A stretch of 64,000 nt of DNA, from contig OZ244057.1 of NCBI GenBank assembly GCA_965215515.1, forward strand, positions 1,312,001 to 1,376,000, written 5' to 3'. The position numbers were made by a program, and so were the translations under genes. Under the pieces are notes generated by a model. The model saw only the letters and a program-made list of their open reading frames with translations, was not told where the DNA came from and made no database searches. The stretch is from Oligoflexales bacterium (GTDB lineage Bacteria; Bdellovibrionota_B; Oligoflexia; Oligoflexales; JAPPIL01). Below are positions 57,822 through 64,000 of this stretch, piece after piece (position 1 is the first letter of the stretch; the number at the start of each line of letters is the position of its first letter).

Positions 57822-59009
57822 GTGCAAGTGTCTTTATCAAGAGATGGGTTACTTACTACCATAAAAAAATTAAAGCAAGTGATCTTACAAGCAGAAGCGA
57901 ACTCTAACTCACTCACGGAGATGGAGACGCGGCAAGGGCTTATCAATCCGCTGTTCAGGGGTCTCGGCTGGGATTTTTCTGACTTTACTGCGGTAAGGAG
58001 TGAGTTTCGTCATGCAAAATACAATGAAGTAGTTGACTATGCACTCTTCTGTGACAGCAACAGTGATGAGCCAGTACTACTGATTGAGGCGAAAATGTTA
58101 AATAGAAACCTTAATGATGTAAAAATTATCAAGCAGTTGTGCTCCTATCTGGGGCAGATCGGTGTACAGTGGGGAGTGTTAACTGATGGCAACAAGTATG
58201 TAATGTACAACACCAATGCTGGTCTTTCTTTCGAAGATCAGAAATTTCTTACTTTGCAAATCAAGACCGCCGACACCGAAGATGGTATTCCTAGTGAAGA
58301 ACTAGTCGATAAATTGATTGCGCTGCTCAGCCACGATTCACTTAAAAACGGCGGAATCCAGAAATTTTACAAAGAACATGTTATCAATAGACATATAGAA
58401 GAGGCTATGTGGTCGCTGTTTTCCGAACCTTTCGACACGCTGGCTTTAGCGATCAAACGGGAATTCAAGCAAGAACGAGTTGCTGATCCAAGACTAAAAA
58501 TAACCACACGGCAGATCATTGCCTATTTTGAATCGATGAAGGATGACGAAGGACGTATACCTCTCTCATTTGAAGAAGGAGCAGCCCCTGGCAGCGATAA
58601 TTTGTTACAAGAAGTTGCTACCTTGTCACAACAAAAAAATGCCGATGCTGGCACAATTGTCCGTGCCAGTCGTGTTACCATTTTTGACTTACTGACTGAA
58701 AATCTTATCCAGGCTGGTGACAACTGGCGTTTCGAGTACAAAGGCGAGATTACGTGGGGGCGCATTACCGAAAACGGTGAAATTGCTGTCAATGGGATTT
58801 CCTACCCTAGTCCCTCAAAAGCTGGCAGCGCGATCAAAGGAAAAACTTCCTGCAACGGTTGGGTATCCTGGCGCTACAAGAACGAACGTGGAGAGTGGCG
58901 TAGAGTGCAAGCGTTGCGCGAACAGTATCGCAGTAAGCACGGATCTGAAGCTAAACACGGGAAGAAAGATGTTTCTCCTCCGCTATCGCGTACTGCGCTG
59001 ATAGCATGA
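57822..59009 (+). CDS. HsdR_N-type restriction endonuclease domain fused to RAMA domain
   Basis: ETRQGLINPLFRGLGWD, VDYAL, LIEAK, QLCSY, LTDG; C-terminal YPSPSKAG...NGWVSW. Confidence 0.82.
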   Translation: MQVSLSRDGLLTTIKKLKQVILQAEANSNSLTEMETRQGLINPLFRGLGWDFSDFTAVRSEFRHAKYNEVVDYALFCDSNSDEPVLLIEAKMLNRNLNDVKIIKQLCSYLGQIGVQWGVLTDGNKYVMYNTNAGLSFEDQKFLTLQIKTADTEDGIPSEELVDKLIALLSHDSLKNGGIQKFYKEHVINRHIEEAMWSLFSEPFDTLALAIKREFKQERVADPRLKITTRQIIAYFESMKDDEGRIPLSFEEGAAPGSDNLLQEVATLSQQKNADAGTIVRASRVTIFDLLTENLIQAGDNWRFEYKGEITWGRITENGEIAVNGISYPSPSKAGSAIKGKTSCNGWVSWRYKNERGEWRRVQALREQYRSKHGSEAKHGKKDVSPPLSRTALIA

Positions 59010-59164
59010 TCGTGGCCTTAACTTATGCAACAATGCTGATTTACCTGCGGAACTCAGGACCAATTGTTGTAGCTTACGTTGCAAGGGGCGTGCATTGTCC
59101 TACACTACCCCAAACAAAAGACCCTGACTCTATGACGCTAGGCACGCGTTTTTTGTTGGTATGT

Positions 59165-59400
59165 GGAGGTTGTTTGCCCACAGTGTTGCTCAATCCTCCC
59201 GTACTGGTCGGGGGTATATGTAAGCCAGTCAAGTAAGTATCATCCAAACCAAAGGCGTGACCGATCTCGTGGGTAAGAGCCGACATAAGTCGGCTATTTA
59301 CCGTTGTTCCCGCGCGTAAAAAAACCTCTGGTGGGTGCGTGCCGCGTAGAAACGCATTTGATCTCTCGTCGATACAGTCAGGAGAATCATCTGCGTCTGA
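59165..59400 (-). pseudogene. Internal fragment of a third metzincin paralog
   Basis: CIDERSNAFLRGTHPPEVFLRAG...HEIGHAFGLDDTY...STGG...VGKQP; no N-terminus, Met-turn or ankyrins. Confidence 0.75.
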
Positions 59401-59462
59401 CTAAAGTCGGCGAGCAAAGATGCCGATGCGGTGCGCGAGGTGAGACTGCAAAGAACGACACA

Positions 59463-60353
59463 ATGCAGCAATTTTTCCCGACTGCTCTCCTAACAACATG
59501 CTGCAAGTGCTTGCTGCTGGGCAACATCTTCGTCTTCTGTCGCCCGTCGCAACCCAGTTATGAGTACGCTGCGCGCAAAATTGAACTCGGCACATATCGT
59601 CTGCAACCGATGAAGAACGAAAAGTTGCAGGACTTGCCCCCCGAATACCGTCTCGTGTCGGTGCTGGATAGCGGTTATCTCATCAGCACCGACACGGGCT
59701 TGAGCTACGCTGTCGGTGCGACAGGCACGATAAACCTCCTCGACGAGCGCATTCCTGCTGCTACGGCGAGCGGCGCACACCCGCGCTACTTTGCTGCCGC
59801 AGACGATGCTGTCTGGTCGCTGCACGAGCAGCTACTAACACACAGCAAGGCGAGCGAGGGAAAAGAGATTATGGACACCGAGGTGCAGGTGTTGTGGTTT
59901 AGCCGCCAGCAGATTATGTTGTGGGGAAATTATAGACTGCATGATGGCAGTGTTACCAATGGCGTACAACTTTACAGTCTCGATAACAGCGATCGTCTAC
60001 AACTCGCCGCAACCATCAACGAACCGCTGATAAGAACAGAAGTCCCCACCTTCAAAGGCGCGGAGAACTTTATCGCGGGGGGGGTGACGGGGCAGGATTT
60101 TTGGTTATGGACCTCAGAGGGAGGTTTGTTGCTCTTCCGTGCCGATCCTCTCAAGCAAGGGAACTATAAACTGGAGGACGATGCCGAGATTTCGTTGCCT
60201 CGTCTGACTCACACCGTGAAAGATATCGGCTTTGCCCTACAGATCAGTGCCGATGGTGAGATTGGATCGCCGCCCTATGTGTTGAGCGTCGTCGCAGGCG
60301 AAGGCGACCGCAGCGCGGTATATATCGCTGTTAAAAATCCCGCTGCAGACTAA
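59463..60353 (+). CDS. Hypothetical exported protein (beta-rich)
   Basis: 296-aa ORF with hydrophobic N-terminus. Confidence 0.65.
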   Translation: MQQFFPTALLTTCCKCLLLGNIFVFCRPSQPSYEYAARKIELGTYRLQPMKNEKLQDLPPEYRLVSVLDSGYLISTDTGLSYAVGATGTINLLDERIPAATASGAHPRYFAAADDAVWSLHEQLLTHSKASEGKEIMDTEVQVLWFSRQQIMLWGNYRLHDGSVTNGVQLYSLDNSDRLQLAATINEPLIRTEVPTFKGAENFIAGGVTGQDFWLWTSEGGLLLFRADPLKQGNYKLEDDAEISLPRLTHTVKDIGFALQISADGEIGSPPYVLSVVAGEGDRSAVYIAVKNPAAD

Positions 60354-61164
60354 CGCTGAAGGTGTTGGTCTGTAGCACCGTGTCTTGCGGAGTGAATTCT
60401 TCCGCATATAACGTCAAACCGAATTGCTTGTAGACATTGATGTCATCGAGATGCAGCTTGATGTTTTCATGGTGGACAACGAACACAACGCCAGTGTCGG
60501 AGTTTATGTCTTTGCGTGCCGTCAATCCTGCTGTCCAGGTGCGCACGTGGGCATGTGGAAGTGCTGCACCCATAAACTGCGTGTCGGTAGCATAGCCTAG
60601 CCTGTCCCACAACGCATAACCGACGTGACCACCGACACTAAATTTCGCGGTGAGCGGTAGCTGTAGCTCGGCGGTAGGCAGCAGTGACAACACGGTATGA
60701 GAAGTAGAGAGATTGCTGAAACCAACCCTCTGCACCGCCAGCCCTAGACCTGGCAGCACCGTGTGTGTGTTCACATTGTAAAAAAATTTGACACCTGTAG
60801 AGATGTTGGCATAGGAAGAGTCGGCATGAATCCCGCCGACACCCAACGAGCCCGCCCGCCGATAAGCGAGATGATAGCCCAGCTGATAGTTTTCCTCGTG
60901 ATAACGCAAAGCCAGCCCGCACTCGACCGCCAGCCCGAAATGACCGTACGAATTAGCCTCCCGTGTATTGCCATCGGCACGCAGATGCGGCACAAACGGA
61001 TCGGCATTAGTCAGCGGCAAATACAGATCGTGAAAAGCAATCATGCCCGTGCCAAAATAGAGGCCTACGTCAACTGACTCCGACACCCGTTCAGTAATCG
61101 CCCCTTCGGCCTGTAACACACCAGAACAAAAAAGAAAAACAACAACAACGACGTATCGCAACAT
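60331..61164 (-). CDS. Probable outer-membrane beta-barrel protein
   Basis: Signal peptide, amphipathic strands, terminal FSVSLQRDF; GAGGTG SD. Confidence 0.7.
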   Translation of the reverse strand: MLRYVVVVVFLFCSGVLQAEGAITERVSESVDVGLYFGTGMIAFHDLYLPLTNADPFVPHLRADGNTREANSYGHFGLAVECGLALRYHEENYQLGYHLAYRRAGSLGVGGIHADSSYANISTGVKFFYNVNTHTVLPGLGLAVQRVGFSNLSTSHTVLSLLPTAELQLPLTAKFSVGGHVGYALWDRLGYATDTQFMGAALPHAHVRTWTAGLTARKDINSDTGVVFVVHHENIKLHLDDINVYKQFGLTLYAEEFTPQDTVLQTNTFSVSLQRDF

Positions 61165-61240
61165 ATCACACCACCTCAGATACAGCTTCAATTCTACAAC
61201 AACAGTCAGCTCGGTTGCCAGAGCCAGTCGTTATATTCGG

Positions 61241-61256
61241 TGCAAGATACGTGCCT
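61241..61256 (-). promoter_or_regulatory. Candidate sigma54 promoter
   Basis: AGGCAC-GTATC-TTGCA on minus strand, ~75 nt upstream of ATG 61164. Confidence 0.5.
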
Positions 61257-61336
61257 ACCCATTTGTAAAATTATCATTGACACTATGGGTATTATGATGT
61301 ATCGACGTCGGATCGTGTATAAAGTTATGGTATGAA

Positions 61337-61840
61337 ATGCGATTTTTAATTGTTTTAGTGGTGCTTTCACTATCGTGTGGTGCTCGTGGGGCTGAGTCTG
61401 TGCGCACCGTTGTGTCCGACGAGCGGGGAGCTGTGCCACAGGAGAGACCGAAGATGAAGGCGACTACGCCCGCAGTGCTGTTTCTATCCTCCGCCGTGGT
61501 CACGGGGTGTTTCGTCTGGCTGGGCAAGCACTGTGGTCACAAGATCTACCGCCATATCGTCAGGAGACATTGGCGCGAAAAGGACTGGCGTGAGTATGTG
61601 CTATTCATTCGCAGAGTGCTTCTCCGCCAACCCTCGCATCCCCAGGTGTACAGGAAAAATCCCTATCAGGTGTTAGGTTTAGGCAATGATGCGAGGGCGA
61701 GCGACATTAAGAAGACATACCGCGATTTGGCGCGGCGCTATCACCCCGACAAAAACCCTGGTGACAGGGTCGCCGAAGAAAAATTTAAGGAGATTGCTGC
61801 TGCCTACGGAGAACTGCGAGGACAGGGGAGGGTGCGATGA
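61337..61840 (+). CDS. Membrane protein with C-terminal J-domain
   Basis: NPYQVLGL...[17 protein letters not shown]...FKEIAAAY. Confidence 0.85.
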   Translation: MRFLIVLVVLSLSCGARGAESVRTVVSDERGAVPQERPKMKATTPAVLFLSSAVVTGCFVWLGKHCGHKIYRHIVRRHWREKDWREYVLFIRRVLLRQPSHPQVYRKNPYQVLGLGNDARASDIKKTYRDLARRYHPDKNPGDRVAEEKFKEIAAAYGELRGQGRVR

Positions 61841-62526
61841 ACTGGTGCGTCGGTTTTATTATCTGCACATCGTTGGTGTCGTGTGGAACGTACGAACAAC
61901 CACCTGGTAAGGTGCGCAATTATACTGATTTATCCAAACGGCAACTGTATGTTTTGCCTGGCAAAGACGAAGGTTTTTGTGTCTATGCCGACTACGGCGA
62001 CGAAGATAAGGTGCTGATCACCGAACGAGGTGCACTCTCTGCGGAACAGCTAGGGCAGGCGTTGAGTTATATGAGTTACTGGTCACAGACAGCAAGTTCG
62101 TCATTGCCACAAGTGGCGACAGGGTACGCTATCGTCAGTTTTCTGAAGCAGACAACCGCGGCCTTCGAGAAGAAGAAGCTTAACAGAGTCAAACTTTTGC
62201 GTCTCATCGGTGCGGCTGCGCTGGTGATCGGAGCAGCCCATGCGGTCAATGGCTTGTACCGCATTGTCAAGGGAAACTACGAGGGTGAAAGCGCAGGAGC
62301 GATCACCGCACAGGTTTTCTTCGGCTTCATGCCTGTTAACTTTGTCATCGAAAACATGCAACGCCGCGGCCGTTTGGAGACATTGGCCAGCCCTCACGCA
62401 CACAGCACGATAAGTGCGCGCAAGTTCGACAGAATTGTCAAAAAACTTGCCGAACAAAAGCCCGCTTTCCCTCATGCCGCTATCGAAGGTGGCAGAGTCG
62501 TCACCTCATGCGTATTGCCGCGTTAG
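61837..62526 (+). CDS. Hypothetical lipoprotein/membrane protein
   Basis: Lipobox LVSC; ATGA overlap with the J-domain gene. Confidence 0.7.
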   Translation: MNWCVGFIICTSLVSCGTYEQPPGKVRNYTDLSKRQLYVLPGKDEGFCVYADYGDEDKVLITERGALSAEQLGQALSYMSYWSQTASSSLPQVATGYAIVSFLKQTTAAFEKKKLNRVKLLRLIGAAALVIGAAHAVNGLYRIVKGNYEGESAGAITAQVFFGFMPVNFVIENMQRRGRLETLASPHAHSTISARKFDRIVKKLAEQKPAFPHAAIEGGRVVTSCVLPR

Positions 62527-63815
62527 TGTGCGACTGCGAGAGCACCCTCTCGCCAACAGCCACGATCCTGTGCATCGATCATGCCGTCATGGTCGTTGTC
62601 AAGGCCATCGAAGCATGAGTTGATAGAGTTGAGCCCTTCCGCGAAGATCCTGCGGCGCTGACTCTTGTTACTCAATGTGCGCCACAATTGGCTGAAATAA
62701 GCACCCAGTTCTTGAGCAAGTTGGCGGTTATGGCGGATGACTGCGGTGTTCTCGTCGTTACGAGTATTGCCCGATTTTGACCAATTCATCGAGCCGACGA
62801 TGACACGGTTACGGGCAAGATCGCCATCAATGATCGCGGTCTTCATGTGCATTTTGCCGCCCCAGTTCTCGACCTTGACATTGACCCCGCAACGCCGCAA
62901 ATCCCAGTAGGGTGAAGAAGGGTGGGCGTTAGCGACCGCATCGATGATAATCCTCACCCTCACCTCCCGCGCCGCCGCGGCACACAAAGCGTGCACGACA
63001 GTGCGCTCCGTAAGATAAAACATACCGATATCGACCGTCTGCCGCGCCGCGTTCAGCGCGGGGATAATGGCATGGTCGATGACATTGTCCTGCGGAGAAA
63101 ACCACACGGAAACCTCGGTGCCATCACCGAACACCACCGTGCGTGTCCCCGCCTGCCGCAGCTTGGCTTTGCTGAAACGATGCTCCTCAAACATCTGGCG
63201 GAACTCATGGCTGAAGAGAGCCGCGACGGGTGGCGAAGTAAGCATCAGAGCGACATTAGCGTTGTACTCGGCCCCTACACCCGTATGGGAAAGATTCGCG
63301 GTCCCAAACCAAACCTGCCTGCTATCGGTGAGCGCGTACTTGTGATGCATAATTGTGCGCCGTGGATAACGCCCCGAATCGTTGAGGTCGATGACGATAT
63401 TCGCTATCCCCAGGTAATGAGGCAACTTCGCAGTGCCTCGGTAGGTGAAGTTTTCTGGTAGCCAACTACCCACCGCACCGCGTTTTTGATCGACGACCGC
63501 CTGCACCTGCACCCCCCGTTGCCGCAACTGTGAGAGTGCCCGCAAAAGCCAGGGTTGCCGCGAAACACCATAAAAAGCGAGCGCAACCCTTTCCTTAGCC
63601 GCGAGCAAAAACTGCTCCAGCGCCTGCCCCATGGCGTTTTTCTCCGCCCCGACCGCACCCTGCTTCTTGCCTGTGATCCACGGGAAAATATCAGAGGTAT
63701 GCAGATGAAAAACAAACGGCTCAGCGCTGAACACCCTGCCGCTAGTTTGGCCCGAAAGAGAAGAGGAGAACAGCACCAGTGCCATGATAAAACACCACAA
63801 CCCCGCTCGCATCAC
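62523..63815 (-). CDS. Phospholipase D-superfamily protein (two HKD motifs, Nuc-like)
   Basis: HHKYALTD...GTANLS and HMKTAIID...GSMNWS...NDEN; signal peptide. Confidence 0.9.
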   Translation of the reverse strand: MMRAGLWCFIMALVLFSSSLSGQTSGRVFSAEPFVFHLHTSDIFPWITGKKQGAVGAEKNAMGQALEQFLLAAKERVALAFYGVSRQPWLLRALSQLRQRGVQVQAVVDQKRGAVGSWLPENFTYRGTAKLPHYLGIANIVIDLNDSGRYPRRTIMHHKYALTDSRQVWFGTANLSHTGVGAEYNANVALMLTSPPVAALFSHEFRQMFEEHRFSKAKLRQAGTRTVVFGDGTEVSVWFSPQDNVIDHAIIPALNAARQTVDIGMFYLTERTVVHALCAAAAREVRVRIIIDAVANAHPSSPYWDLRRCGVNVKVENWGGKMHMKTAIIDGDLARNRVIVGSMNWSKSGNTRNDENTAVIRHNRQLAQELGAYFSQLWRTLSNKSQRRRIFAEGLNSINSCFDGLDNDHDGMIDAQDRGCWREGALAVAH

Positions 63816-64000
63816 AGATCCCTCGCCTAAACTGTTGAAGTCGCAAATAAGGAAGCCCTAGCAGGCAAACTATCAGGATGAACAAAAAAAATCCAGCCTT
63901 AATCGTGGGAAAATAGCCTAAAGATTTTTGGTAAAAATCATAAAACCGCACCCTGTTGGAGTTGCGAAGGAGGTTGCCCATCTTCGTATGTTTGGAAGAG
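63742..64000 (-). CDS. 3' end of an unidentified membrane protein (partial)
   Basis: Frame open to window end; one hydrophobic segment. Confidence 0.4.
   Translation of the reverse strand, partial: SSKHTKMGNLLRNSNRVRFYDFYQKSLGYFPTIKAGFFLFILIVCLLGLPYLRLQQFRRGICDASGVVVFYHGTGAVLLFSFGPN

Overview
Bacterial chromosomal window with a GC-rich housekeeping backbone: mutS (partial), MFS transporter, tRNA-Asp, nagZ, folB, 5-oxoprolinase, rnhC, prs, mltG, priA, RluA-family synthase, RRM protein, coaBC, murG, pabA/trpG, tsaD, glnS, coaE and ileS. It is interspersed with unusual secreted or surface proteins: a MACPF-like protein, a DUF285/BspA-type repeat lipoprotein, a Cys-rich repeat protein with a PTxx tail, a 670-aa Cys-rich type IV pilin, a paralogous metzincin+ankyrin family and CTERM-like anchored peptidases. 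Directly after tRNA-Asp lies a ~9.1 kb AT-rich island bounded by a 62-bp direct repeat (3663-3724 / 12734-12795). It has no integrase and consists mostly of abutting fragments of defence genes (DUF1156 methylase, SNF2 helicase, type II R-M, Rpn, proteases). A second, apparently intact, pair of PD-(D/E)xK nucleases lies at 56.7-59.0 kb: a heptad/hendecad coiled-coil repeat nuclease and an HsdR_N+RAMA protein. The gene style suggests a Bdellovibrionota/Oligoflexia-like, possibly host-associated organism; this is inference only. All family calls come from motif recognition by eye, and no searches were run.
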